DNA of 64,000 nucleotides from Carcharhinus amblyrhynchos (lineage: Eukaryota): the NCBI GenBank assembly GCA_965287045.1, contig OZ336873.1, positions 96,348,001 to 96,412,000 on the forward strand, read 5' to 3'. Position numbers and translations under genes: made by a program. Positions 25,910-37,900 of this stretch are shown here, one piece after another (the stretch's first letter is position 1; each line of letters begins with the position of its first letter). The notes under the pieces were generated by a model, which did no database searches, was not told where the DNA came from, and saw only the letters and a program-made list of their open reading frames with translations.

Positions 25910-26202
25910 CTCTCAGCCCTGTTGACGCTGCAAAGTCCTCCTAACTAACACCTGGAGGTCTAGGCCAAAATTGGGAGAGCTCTTTCACAGACTAGTCTAG
26001 CAACAACCTGACAATCATATTCACAGAATCATACCTTACAGCCAATGACCCAGATACCACTATCACCATCGTTGGGTATGTCCTATTCAAAGGGCAGGGC
26101 AGAGGCAGCAGCACAGTTATATACATTTGGGAGGGAGTTACACTGGGAATTTTCAACATTGACACCAGACCTCATGAAGTCTCTGCCATCAGGTCAAACA
26201 TA
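25910..26202 (+). mobile_element. CR1/L2-group LINE endonuclease-start fragment
   Basis: ccaaaattgggagagctc..caacaacctgac..cacagaatcatacctt encodes a decayed KLGEL..QQPD..TESYL APE N-terminus. Confidence 0.6.
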
Positions 26203-26204
26203 AA

Positions 26205-26357
26205 GGGCCCTATTTTACCATTTTGATTCTAAGTGCAGGGCAGACTTGAAACTGGGAGTGTTTCAGGTCTGACTTTTAGACCAGTTCTGAGGCACTCCTG
26301 TAAGCACTCTGCCTGAAAAAATATCAATGATTCTGAATCATACTGCAGAAGCCTGTC
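26205..26357. mobile_element. Truncated end of the MITE family seen at 33088-34128
   Basis: gggccctattttaccatttttgattctaagtgc..agacttgaaactgggagtgtttcag is the reverse complement of about 33983-34128. Confidence 0.85.
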
Positions 26358-26364
26358 AGTGGGG

Positions 26365-27365
26365 CTTAATGACTGGGAGGAAGGAACTGAGTGTATGGTT
26401 GCTAATTTTGCTGGTGACACCAAAATAAGCAGGAAAGAGGAGGTAAAGAGTCCACATAGGGATCTGAATTGGTTAAATAAGTGGACTAAAATTTGGCAGA
26501 TGGAGTATAATGGAGGCAAATGTGAACTTGTCCATTTTCACAGCAAGAATATAAAGGCAGTTCACTATTTAAATGAAGAGAGATTGCAAAACTTGATGGT
26601 ATTGATGGATCTGGGTACCCTGGTACATGAATCACAAAAGGTTAGTACGTAGATACAATAAGTGATTCGGAAGACAAATGGAATGTTGGTATTTACGGGA
26701 TTTTCACAGTAACTTCATTGCAGCGTGAATGTAAACCTACTTGTGACTAATAAATAAAGTTTAGTAAAGAATAAATAAACTTTATTGTAAGAGAACAGAA
26801 TATTCTAGATATTTTACTGCGACTGTACAGAGCCTTAGTGAGACCACACCTGGTGTACTTTGTGCAATTGTAGCCTCTGTATTTGAAAAAAGATGTAATT
26901 GCATTAGAAGCAATGCAGAAAATGTTCACTCAATTCATTCATGGGATGAAGAGGTTAATTTGTGAAGAAATGTTGAACAAGTTGGGCCTGTACCCATTGG
27001 AGTTTAGAATAATGAGGGATGATCTTATTGAAACATATAAGATCCTGAGTAGATTTGATAGGGTGGATACCCACAGGATCTTTCCTCATGTGAGACAGAC
27101 CAGAAGTAGATGACACAGTTTAAAAATAAGGGCTCTTACTTTTAGGATGGAGATGAGATTTTTTTCTCTCAGAGGATCATTAATCTGTGGAATTCTCTTC
27201 CCCAGAAAGCAATGGAGGATGGATCATTGAATTTATTCATGGCTGAGTTGGATAGCTTTTTGATAGGCAAGGATCTCAAGGGTTATTGTGGGGCAGACAG
27301 GCATGAGGAATTGAGACCATAATCAGATTAGTCATGATGTTATCAGATAGTGAAGCAGAAACAAA
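26365..27365 (+). mobile_element. Degenerate CR1 3' fragment, with a SINE-tail insertion at 26697-26762
   Basis: ORF 26359..26652 (NFAGDTK..WQMEYNGGKC) and 26883..27113 (RDDLIETYKIL). Confidence 0.9.
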
Positions 27366-28235
27366 GGCCAACTCCCTCTATTTCCATCTTACCCATGTAA
27401 CTGTTTAAACACTTTTTAAAAGGCAAGATTACGATTCTACTCCTATCTCTGGCAGCTTCTTCCAGACACTCACCATCCTCTGTGCGAAAAAATTGCCCCT
27501 CTGGACCCTTTGTATCTCTCCCCTTTCACCTTAAACCAATGCCCTCTAGTTTTAGACTCCCCTACCTTCGGGAAATGATATTGATTATCTAGCTGATCTA
27601 TGCTCTATAACTAGAACTCTGTAAGATCACCCCTAAGCCTCCTACGCTCCCGAGGAAAAAATCACAGTTTATCCAGCATCTCCTTATAACTCAAGCCATC
27701 AACTGTACATTGTATTCCAAGTATGGCTTTACCAATGTCTTATAAAACTTCAACAAGACACCCCATCTCCTGTATTCAATATTCTGACCAATGAAACCAA
27801 GCGTACCAAATGCCTTCTTCACCATTCTGTCCACCTGTGACCCGATTTCAAGGAGCTATAAACCTGAACCTAAATCCCTTTGTTCTATAACACTTCGCAA
27901 AGCCCTATCATTAATTAAGGCCTGCCTTGGTTCGATCTACCAAAATGCATCTCCTTGCATTTATCTAAATTAAACTCCATCTGCCATTCGTCAGCCCACT
28001 GGCCCAATTGAAGGTACCGTTGCAATTGTAGATAACCTTCTTCACTGTCTACTATGCCACCAATCTTGATGTCATCTGCAAACTTACTAACCATGCCTCC
28101 TAAATTCTCATCCAAATCATTAATATAAATGACAAATAACAGTGGACCCAGCACCAATCCCTGAGGCATACCACCTGTCACAGGCCTCCAGTTTGAAAAA
28201 TAACTGTCTACAACCACCCTCTGTCTTTTGTCATC

Positions 28236-28511
28236 CAGTAAGAAATCTCACAACACCAGGTTAAAGTCCAACAAGTTTATCTGATAGTAAACCCACAAGC
28301 TTTCGGGGTTTGCTCCTTTGTATGGTGAGTGGAGAGTTCTAGTCTCAAACAGTGCATATGTTTGAGACTAGAACTCTCCACTCACCTGACGAAGGAGCAA
28401 ACCCCGAAAGCTTGTGGGTTTACTATCAAATAAACTTGTTGAACTTTAACCTGGTGTTGTGAGACTTCTTACTGTGTTTACCCCAGTCTAACGCCAGCAA
28501 CGCCACATCAT
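28236..28511 (+). mobile_element. Penelope-type pLTR-derived insertion forming a hairpin with 116-bp arms, flanked by a 13-bp TSD
   Basis: Arms 28236-28351 and 28359-28474, loop gtgcata, then a unique tail ending ccacatcat. TSD ttttgtcatccag (28226-28238) / ttctgtcatccag (28512-28524). Splits the CR1 RT. Confidence 0.85.
28381..28418 (+). ncRNA. Minimal type I hammerhead ribozyme motif (Penelope-associated type)
   Basis: ctcac-CTGACGA-aggagcaaacccc-GAAA-gctt-gtggg: stem I ctcac/gtggg, both catalytic boxes, imperfect stem II, and palindromic AGCT in place of stem III. Confidence 0.7.
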
Positions 28512-30589
28512 TTCTGTCATCCAGCCAATTTTGTATCCATTTGGCTACCTCACCCTGGATCCCATGAGATTGAACCTCATGCCACAACCTACCATGTGGT
28601 ACCTTATTAAAGCCCTTGTTAAAGTCCATGTAGACAATATCAACTGCACTGCCCTCATCTACCTTCTTGGTTACCCGTTCAAAAAGCTCAATCAATCTGT
28701 AAGACATGATTTTCCACTCACAAAGCCATGCTGGCTGTCCCTAATCAGCCCTTGCATCTCTAAATGCCTGTAGATCCTGTCTCTCAAAATACCTTCTAAC
28801 AACTTACCCACTACAGATGAGAGGCTCACTGGCCTGTAGTTCCCAGGCTTTTCACTGTAGCTCTTCTTAAACAATGGCACAACATTTGCCACCTTCCAAT
28901 CTACCAGCACCTCTGTGACTATCGATGATTCAAATATCTCTGCTAGGGGACCTGGAATTTCCTCCCTTGCATCCACAACGTCCTGGGATACACTTCATCA
29001 GGTCCTGGGGATTTATCTACCTTGATGCACTTTAAGACTTCCAGCACCTCCTTCTCTGCAATAGGTACACTCCTGAAGACATCACTATTTATTTCCCCAA
29101 GTTCATAACATCCATGCTTTTCTCAACAGTGATGAAAAATATTCATTTAGGATCTCACCCATTTCTTATGGATCTGCACATAGATGACCTTGTCGATCCT
29201 CAAGAGGCCCTACTCTCTCCCTAGATACTCTTTTGCCCTTTATATATTTGTAGAAGCTCTTTGGATTCTCCTTTGCCTTTTCTGCCAAAACAATCTCATG
29301 TCCCTTTTTGCCCTCCTGATTTCTCTCTTAACTCTACTCCTACATCCTCCATACTCCTCAAGGGATCCATTTGATCATAGCTATCTGTGCATGTCATGTG
29401 CCTCCTTCTTCTTGACCAGGGCTTCAATATCCCAAGTCCACCAGGGTTCCCTTCTTTTGCCAGTCCTGCCCTTCACTTTAAGAGGAATGTGCATACCCTG
29501 AATCCTGGTTAACATACTTTTGAAAGCCTCCCACTTACCAGATCTCCTTTTGCCTTCCCACAGACTCCCCCAATTAACTGTTGAAAGTTCCTGCCTTTAA
29601 CCATCAAAATTGGCCTTGCCCCAATTTAGAGTTTCAACATTTGGGCTAGACTTATCGTTCTCCATAGCTATCTTAAAACTGTTATGGTCACTGGTCCCAA
29701 AGTGATCCCTCACTAACACTTCTGTCACCTGCCCTTCCTTATTCCCCAAGAGGAGGTCTAATTTGACCCCTCTCTAGTCAGGCCATCGACATACTGAATG
29801 AGGAATTCCTCCTGAATGCACTCAACAAATATCTCTCAGTCCAACCCTCTAATACTGTGGCTGTCCCAGTCAATATTGGAAAAATTAAAATCCCGTACTA
29901 TTATCACCATATTTTTCTTGGAGCTTTCTGTACTCTCCGTACATAATTGCTCCTCAATTTCCACTGACTATAGTACAACCCTTTTATCAAAGTGATTTCC
30001 TCCTTTTTATTTCTCAGTTCTACCCATAAAGACTCAGTGGGCGAACCCTTGGATATATCTCCTCTCAGTACTGCCGTGATGTTTTCCTTAATCAAAAGTG
30101 CAACTCCTCCTTCCCGCTTAGTTCCTGTTCTATCTTTCCGATAGCATCTGTACCCTGGAATATTGAGCTGCCAGTCCTGTCCTTCCCTTAGCCATGTTTC
30201 AGTAATTGCTATAATTACCCCATTTACCAATCCATGCCCTGAGTTCATCATCCTTGCCCATCAGGCCCCTTCCATTGAAATAAATGCAGTTTAATGTGGA
30301 CTTCCCTTGCTCTCTGTCTTGCTTTTGCCTAATCTGTCTAGTACTAGGATTACTGACACAGCCTTTACTATTTAATATGTTCTCCTTAACTTCTATGCAG
30401 TCCTCAACCTTCGTTTTGTTTTGCTGGTCTCGCCAGCCAGTTACAATACTTCAATGTCTCACATTAGGAGACAAAATTCTGGTTAATCTCCTATTCCCTT
30501 TAAATATTTTTCTTTGCTAATGTCATTCCTGTAATTTCCATGATAATTCATTGTTTCTTCTTTTCTACAAATATCTTGCCTCTTCTGTC

Positions 30590-30900
30590 CTTATGGAGGT
30601 TGGGGGGAAATCAATTTCATAGGTGCTGACTGACCTCCATTATCTTGTGTAAGTGACTACCATTACATGTGAGGCCAAATAATGAATGTCGGCAGACAAT
30701 TTCACCACAAAGGACATCGTCATTGAGTCCAATCCAGTCTTCAGCATTTAGCAATCAGGATTATGAACCATGGTTGATCATTTCCCCTCATTAGCTCAGA
30801 AGCATTAGGAGTAATTGTAGCTTCACTGTTATGGCTATGATCAACCAATTCAAGATTCAACCTGAAACTTTCTGATCTACATGATACAGAACGATATCAG
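30590..30900 (-). mobile_element. Ancient SINE relic (possibly AmnSINE2-like)
   Basis: Reverse strand has a gatcagaaagtttcaggttgaatc B-box-like head. Similar decayed pieces near 25100-25320, 44815-44900 and 54790-54870. Family call from memory only. Confidence 0.35.
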
Positions 30901-33469
30901 GTAGGACAATTACGTACAAAATTTTTTTGTGAAGCTGCATCTGATCTGTTTTATAGGAATTTTATTCAGAAAATGCCTCCAGTGCCACATTTTGACTGAA
31001 AAATTCTTTCCACATCACAACAATGCAAGACTTGTAGTATAACTGTCACTGAAAACATCAGTACTCTACATCTGATGTGAGACCACCTGGAGGGGATAGC
31101 TTTCCATTGTTTCTGCTTCATTTCTGTCACAGAGCAATTAGCATAACAACTGTATCATCTTTCAATTTAATATTTAAGGACTGCTCTTCAGCTCCCCAGA
31201 CTGGTGATTGGAAATCTATGTGTGTTTAAATACATAAGTGAAGTTCTCTTTTCGTTTCAGACAGAGCAGTGCAACTGGACACTGTAACTCAGTGAATTAA
31301 GCTCAGATTGTTCTAAATGCAAATATCAGTGTTACTAGTCTTAAACCTTCAACTATAATATAACTATTATCTCACATTCAAAGTTTGAAATTAATTGGAA
31401 AGTGAACTGTGGCTAATCCAATTGTGGGTAAAGTCTAATGGTTAAAAGATAAAACTAAATCCAATTTGTGTTAGGAAATGGGTTAATCTTTCACTATTAA
31501 GGAAAGTGATTTGTTAATCCCCAGACCTGCTCAAAAAATGGCATTTTGCTAACTTGGACATCACATTGCACTGAATATGGTAGGCATGGAAATTTGTGGG
31601 ATTTGTTGTGTGATGTTGCACCATGCCAGGTTGCTTGCAGTACTCATTGTTGATGTAATACAAGATTGCACTTAACTCAGTGCATGTTCCATGACCAGAG
31701 AAGCTACATTGCAGAGAAAGGTTACTGCAAAAGTAGCAAAGTACGCTATCCTTAAGAAACTTCCCATGATTATACATGGAGTCATTATTTTGAATTCTTT
31801 TAAATGTGGTACTGTATAGTTATTTTCTCTTTGAAACACATATAGAATTTAAAAGATTCACAACAAAGCAAATGGAGTTTTAAAAAAATTAGAGATAATG
31901 AGAAAAGTGCTGGAAATAGCTGTTTTTGGGCAGTCCTTCAGGATTGAATATTATTTGCTTTTACTTTGGTCGATGGGTTCTGAGAAAGTTGAGAAATCTA
32001 ATGTATGACCTGCAGATTCTGTCATGCGAGACAGGTGGTGCTTGAAGATTTGGGTAAATAGATTGTTTAGATGTTTGTACGCTCCCTCTGACGTCTTGAC
32101 TTTGCCCCTCCGTTCTGAAAAATTCTCTATATTTTCAATGCCTTCTGGAATAAGACTTCTCTGTTTTGATCAGTTTCAAGTCAGGGTTTCCCATGAGTTG
32201 ATGAGTACATTTGGTGTCTTCTGGATGCTTTGAGGACATCTCAAAAAGTGTTTCCACTGATCTCCTGCAAATCTTCTACCATGTTCAAGTTCCAAGCAGC
32301 GCAGTATCTTGAGAAGTATTGTATCAGGCATACGAATGACATGTGCTGGCCGGCTGAGTTTGTTTTGAGTGCTTAGCATCTCGATGCTCGGCAAGTCAGC
32401 ATAGGAGAGGACACTATTGTTGGACCACCTTTCTTGCCACCAGATTTGAAGGATCTTGTGAAGGCATCACTGATGCCTTCTCCAGTGCTTTGAGGTGCCT
32501 GTTGTAGGTTGCCCAAGCCTCCGAAGCAGATAGGAGCGCATGGATCATTGCTGCTCTGCTGCTGCCATGACTTAAGTTGGGAGTTTGAAATCCTGGTCCT
32601 CAAATACTCTTTTTCTCGGTTGCCTGAGGGCTGAGCTGGCATATTGGAAGAGACGAGTAATTTTGTCATCTATGTGTGTCTTCATTAAAAGGAGGCTCCA
32701 GATATACAGAATATGATTCACATTTTCCAGGGTCTCGCTGTTAATCTTAATGTGGGGAAGTGTTTTGCTGTGGAGTTGGTTGGAAGGGGACCTCAGTTTT
32801 CTGGGAGTTTAGCGAAAGTCCCATTTTCTCATATGCTTTGGAGAAGGAGTTAACAATGACTCAGTTTCTGCGTGAAAACACACACAAGCATCATATGACT
32901 GAAATTGGAGTGGTTTCACTTTGGATTGGAAGCTGTGTCAGTTGAACAGTTTCTTGTCTGTTCTCTAGATTATCACCATGACTGTGGGTAATTTGCTGGA
33001 GGTGAGATGTAGTCTTGCAATGAAGAAATGGAGAACACAGTTGGTACCATGACACAGTTTTGTTTGGACTGAATTTTCACTGAGATAGGGGTCCCGATTT
33101 TACCATCAAGTTGCGCCTGTTTTTGGGCACAAAAACTTGGTGAAGTTGGGCATAAGGCAAGTACCATGATCTGCACCCACCTCCGTGCCGGTTTCTCCTT
33201 TACCAAAGCCCAAAAATAGCTGCGATCGGGACACTGCCTGAAACTGGCGTGACGGCCATTTAAATGCATTTGTATGCATTTAAATTGACTTGGTGGGTTG
33301 CACACCCAACCTTACCAATACTTCTCCCTTTATCACCATGTTGGCCCCTTCAGAATCAGCACGAAACAGACATGCTCCATGAAAGTCTGATTCGGGCGCT
33401 TCAGTTAGTGAGGCAGTAAGTGCCAGTGTCCGACAGGTGGGGGCGGGGCGGGGTGAAGATAATTCTGAC

Positions 33470-33790
33470 GGCTCTCTGCTTGAGATCAGTATGGGGGGGA
33501 GTGGAAGTGGGGGGCTGCTGCCACTCTGCTGGTGATCAGTGAGGGGGAAGGAGGCGTTCGCTGCCACTTTGCCTATGATCATTGAGGGGGAAGGGGGTCC
33601 ACTGTTACTCTGCCTGTGATCAGTGAGGGGGAAGGTGGGTCCTCTGCCACCCTACCTGTGGTAGTCATGATGTGGAGATGCCGGCATTGGACTGGTATTG
33701 TGAGACTTCTTACTGTGTTAACCCTGCCTATGATCAGCGAGTGGAAAGGGAGGCAGTCTGCTACCATGCTGTTTGAGATCAATCTGGGGT
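33470..33790. repeat. G-rich minisatellite, about 41-43 bp period, about 6 units, inside the MITE
   Basis: Repeats of ctgccactctgcctgtgatcagtgagggggaagg at about 33473, 33518, 33561, 33602, 33643 and 33758. Confidence 0.85.
33667..33724 (-). mobile_element. 58-bp Penelope-type tail insertion with an inverted 5' segment
   Basis: atgatgtggagatgccggcattggactgg (reverse tail) is joined through a ctgg overlap to ctggtattgtgagacttcttactgtgttaaccc (forward). Same family as 28236 and 56292. Confidence 0.85.
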
Positions 33791-34109
33791 GTGGAGGGGG
33801 TGGGGGATAAGGAAGTCAGTAATGTTGTGGGATTGGGCAATGGCTCTGGGGGCCGGGGGGAGGCATTATCCGGCCCGTGAGCGATGTGGCCTGTGAACCA
33901 TATTCTATCTTTTTTTGTGCATTGCAGTTGGTGGCGCCAATCGGAGTGGCAGGATTTTGGGCATGTTAAGCCCCGCCCACAGGCTTGTGCAGCGCGATTC
34001 AGAGTCGCTGATATTTTTGCAGGCAGAGTGCGCATAGGGGCGCCTGAGAACGGGTCTAGAAGTCAGATCTGAAACACTCCCAGTTTCAAGTCTGTCAGCA
34101 CTTAGAATC

Positions 34110-34594
34110 AAAATGATAAATAGGGCCCAAGGTTTGTAGTTGTTTTCAGTGAGGATCATGGCTTGCATTTCATTGTGGAGTAGATAGAGGATAGCGATAA
34201 ATTTCTGAGGGCAGCCAAATTTGAGGAGGATATACCATAAGCCTTCACAGTTGACAGATTCAAATGCTTTTATGGCATTGGAAAAGGCCGTGTATAGTAG
34301 TGGGTGCTGTTCTGTGCACTTTTCTTATATTTGCTATACTTTGCACCATGTGCGTCATCCAACCCTCATACTGGAAGTGTCGCTCTTATTACCAAATCAC
34401 ATTTGTAGACCTATTGCCTTTTCCAATGCCATAAAAGCCTTTGAATCTGTCAACTGTGAAGGCTTATGGTGTATCCTCCTCAAATTTGGCTGCCCTCAGA
34501 AATTTATCGCTATCTTCTATCTACTCTACAATGAAATGCAAGCCATGATCCTCACTGAAAACAACTACAAACCTTGGGCCCTATTTACCATTTT
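34110..34594. repeat. 179-bp inverted duplication with 127-bp spacer
   Basis: 34110-34288 is the reverse complement of 34416-34594, with about five substitutions counted by eye. Confidence 0.95.
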
Positions 34595-34599
34595 ACCAC

Positions 34600-34932
34600 C
34601 TTCTCCCTTTAAGCATTTCACCATTTTCCACGTTGCTCACATGGTGTTTAAAATCTAAGTAACCATTCTCACTGAGTTATCAACAGAGCTTTCCTCCTTC
34701 AGCCTCTGAACTGAGCAACAACTCAGCCTTGATGATTCCAACTGCCATCTCAACTCATCATGCTGTTGCTCCTCTGTGTTGACTGTCTTCATCCTCCCTT
34801 GATCTCTCCTTCCATATAAACTCCCCTACCCATATTTATGGCCTTTTACCTTGCTGCCCCATGTGGCCTCTGTAATACCATTGTGTCACTCACAAATCAC
34901 TTCCTTGTTTCACTTTCTAATCAGAATCCACT
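34600..34932 (+). mobile_element. L2-clade LINE endonuclease fragment
   Basis: cttgatgattccaactgccatctcaac..tccatataaactcccctacccat resembles LGDFN.HLN..HINSPTH. Probably continues at about 39870. Confidence 0.55.
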
Positions 34933-37900
34933 TGTTATAGGACGATGCCACAGGACATTGTCAATGGATCTCATGTGAGCCTTGTAGAGTAAGAGCTTCC
35001 CTATTAAGCGAATAGAGGCTTGTCCAATAGGGAAGGGAAGTGTAAAATCAGCTGTCTCTACTCGGGCTGGCAGTCAAAGGAATCCTGGGCTTGACATGTG
35101 TACTGTAACTACAGCAGTAGTGCTCTATTCACTATGTAAATTCACTATTAAGACAATTAATCCGCTGGTAAGAAAATGCCTCTTTTTGGTAAAGCTGAAG
35201 GCTACGTAGCAAGCATAGCAGATTGGACCCAATAAACAGAGTGCATGTGTTTTCTCCTGGGCTAACAATATTGAGGGGAATGAGAAGCAAGGTAGCCCTG
35301 TTGATGGCATGTGGACTCCTGACATTCAGAGTAATTAAAAAGCATAACCTCCCCGGATAACTCTGATTCAAAAATCTTTAATGAATTCATACACATGAAT
35401 AAAGACTATTATGACCTCAGCCTTCTATAATACTCCAGCTATACCACTTTAACGCAGCAGGGTGAACCCCTGGGGAATATGTCACTGAATTTCTGACCAG
35501 GTTACAAAAACTGGCAGAGCACTGTGAATTCGGGCCACCCCTGGATTATGTGTTGCAAGATAGATTGGCCTGTGGAATTAACAATGTGCCAGTCTAAAAT
35601 AAATTAGTGTAGAATCCAATTTGTATCTAAAGAAGGCCACTGAGATAGCTCTATCATTGGAGAATGCAGAGAAAGAAGCTCAAGAACTACAGGGGATGTC
35701 AGACAGCAGTGTCCTCCGATTAGGGGGAGGGGCCTCATGCAATGTCCATCCCTCAGCTGAGAGTGATTACATCAGAATCTCTTACACCAATACAGCCCAA
35801 GTTTCACCACCAGATAGTCAGGCAAAGGCAAGGACAGCCTTCAGACTCGCAGGGAGCAGATTCCAGAAGGTTGTAGATGCCAAACGGTGGACTGTTGCAA
35901 ATGCTGCAAAAGACCACAACCAGAATAAACATATTGAAGATGGTCAAAACGCATTCTGTCATGGAAAGAGGCCAAGGCCAGTGCCAGACTGTACCTTGCA
36001 GAAACATGGATAACACAATTAAAACACATCTCCATGACAAAGGTTGTCTCCATAATGCTGTTAGTAAACAGCCACCAATTAAAAATGGAAGTGGATATGT
36101 GGGCTGTGGTTTCCATTTTTGGAGAGCAGATCGATGATCATCTCCAAACTAGTATTAGAAGGCACAAAAGCCAGGTTAGCCACTTATATGGGGGAGCCAT
36201 TACAGATAGAGGGCAGCATGGCAACCTAGTGACTGATACGCAGCAGTCACCTTGACTTCCATTCATCATTGGGTGGGGGCAAGGACCTAGTCTCATAGGC
36301 AGAGATTGGCTCCAACTCATCAGACCGAACTGAGGTCTTCAGGCTGGATGTGGCGGAACTGTACATAGTTATGAATAAGTACCCCAAGGTCTTCCAAGAA
36401 AGGTTTGGAAAAATAAGAGAGCCAAAGCTAAGATCTATGTTGACCCCGATGCTGCAGCTAATTATTTTAGAGTGAGATGAGTTCCATACTTCCTATTAGA
36501 AAACATAGAGTCGAAACTGGAATGCCTGGAAAAACTGGGCAAAGTAAGACCTGTACAATTTGTGGGCCACGCCTGTTATCCCTGTCCTCAAGCCAGATAG
36601 GTCGGTTCAACTTTGTGGAGACAATAAGCTCATTCAATTTAATTTCTAAATTTGAGATACCCCATGCCCTGAATTGAAGACCTGTAGGCCAGGTTAACAG
36701 GTGGCCAAACAAGTTGGACGTGATCCATGCATATTGCCAACTTGAATTAGGTGAGCCTTCCTGGAAATATGTGACAATACCCACAAAGGCTTATATGAGT
36801 ACACTTGCCTGTCTGTCAGGGTCTCATCTGCATGTGCCATTTTCATTGGGTCATGGAGAACGTTCTCCAAGGGTAGTATTGTACCTGGATGATGGAACTG
36901 GTATACCAGGAACTTTGAAACCTGGAAGAGGTCTTACAGAAATTCTCAGAAATCAGCGTACACGCACAGAGGGAAAACTGTGTCTTCCAAGCAAGTGCTG
37001 TGACATATTAGGGCTATCAGGCAGATGGCAAGGGTCTTTATCCAGTGGAGGACAAGGTAAGGACCATTAAGGAAGTGCGAACTCCAAGGAACACCACAGA
37101 ATTGAAATCCTTCCTGGGGTTAGTGAATTATTACAGGAAGTTCATTCTGAATTTGGTCTCTTTGAATACGCCACTACAAAAGCATCAAAAGTGGTCTAGG
37201 GAGGAGCAACAGCTGAAGGCTTTCAATAGCGTTAAACAGCAGCTTTTGTCCTCTAATTTAATGGCCCATTTCGACCCCAAAAAGGACCTCATCCTGACAT
37301 ATGATGCCTCCCAAGGAGTTGGGAGGTACTGGCACACTGCTGGAAAGGTAAAACAGAGAAGGCTATTGCATACGTATCTCGGATCCTTTAGAATGCTGAA
37401 TGGAGGTGTTATCAAATTTCCAAAGAGGGGCTGTCTTAAATATGTCTATGATAGACACTTAATCATAGTAACTGATCATAAACTCTTATCTGGACTTTTT
37501 AAAGAAGACAAAACAATACTCCCATTCCCTCTGCCTGGACACAGCATTGGGCTTTGTTACTGGCAGCTTTTGAATATCTCTTAGAACACTGTCCTGGGAC
37601 CTGGATAGCTAATACAGATGCACTGAGTCTTATGCCATTGTCTATAAGCCTGGCTTCATTACCAGTTATGTATGAGGCTGTGATGACCCTCAGCTTTTTG
37701 GACACCCTGCCTGCGTCTCAAGGCAATCCAAGGCCTGGACGTAAAAGGACCCAGTCCGACTTAAATTAAAATGTATGACTCTGAATGGTGGATTCAGAGG
37801 GTAACCCTCAGATGAAATGAAACCCTATCTGATGAAGAAAGACGAGCTTAATGTTGTGGATGGTATCATTCTCTGGGGAAAATGTTATCATCCCCTGGGG

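Larger units (their letters stand above)
27425..30300 (-). mobile_element. Long degenerate CR1 ORF2 (endonuclease + RT)
   Basis: Minus ORFs: IIAITETWL..NIPGYRCYRKDR; DWKVANVVPLFKK..NYRPVSL; YMDFNKGFNKVPH; GMPQGLVLGPLLF..KFADD. Confidence 0.95.
33088..34128. mobile_element. Non-autonomous TIR element (Harbinger-like MITE), about 1 kb
   Basis: Imperfect TIRs ggtcccgattttaccat / atgataaatagggccc. GC-rich, no coding capacity, splits the RTE RT cleanly. A second end copy lies at 26205. TSD not clear. Confidence 0.75.
31915..34375 (-). mobile_element. Degenerate RTE-clade LINE 3' half, interrupted by a MITE
   Basis: KAFESVNCEGLW.IL.KFGCPQKFIAI..LL..MQAMIL (visible in the inverted copy, ORF 34221..34658), MPSIEML..HVIRMPDT.L.K..ELEHGRR; all RTE RT motifs. 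Confidence 0.88.

Noticed and set aside
31582-31628. Pre-miRNA hairpin (ggcatgg...ccatgcc)
   Set aside because: Only a 7-bp stem with a poorly pairing interior.
33470-33790. CRISPR-like array
   Set aside because: Units are contiguous degenerate tandem repeats without unique spacers, lie inside a eukaryotic MITE, and have no cas genes nearby.
34221-34658. 145-aa ORF as a novel gene
   Set aside because: Product of the inverted duplication: antisense RTE, spacer and sense RTE RT fragment.
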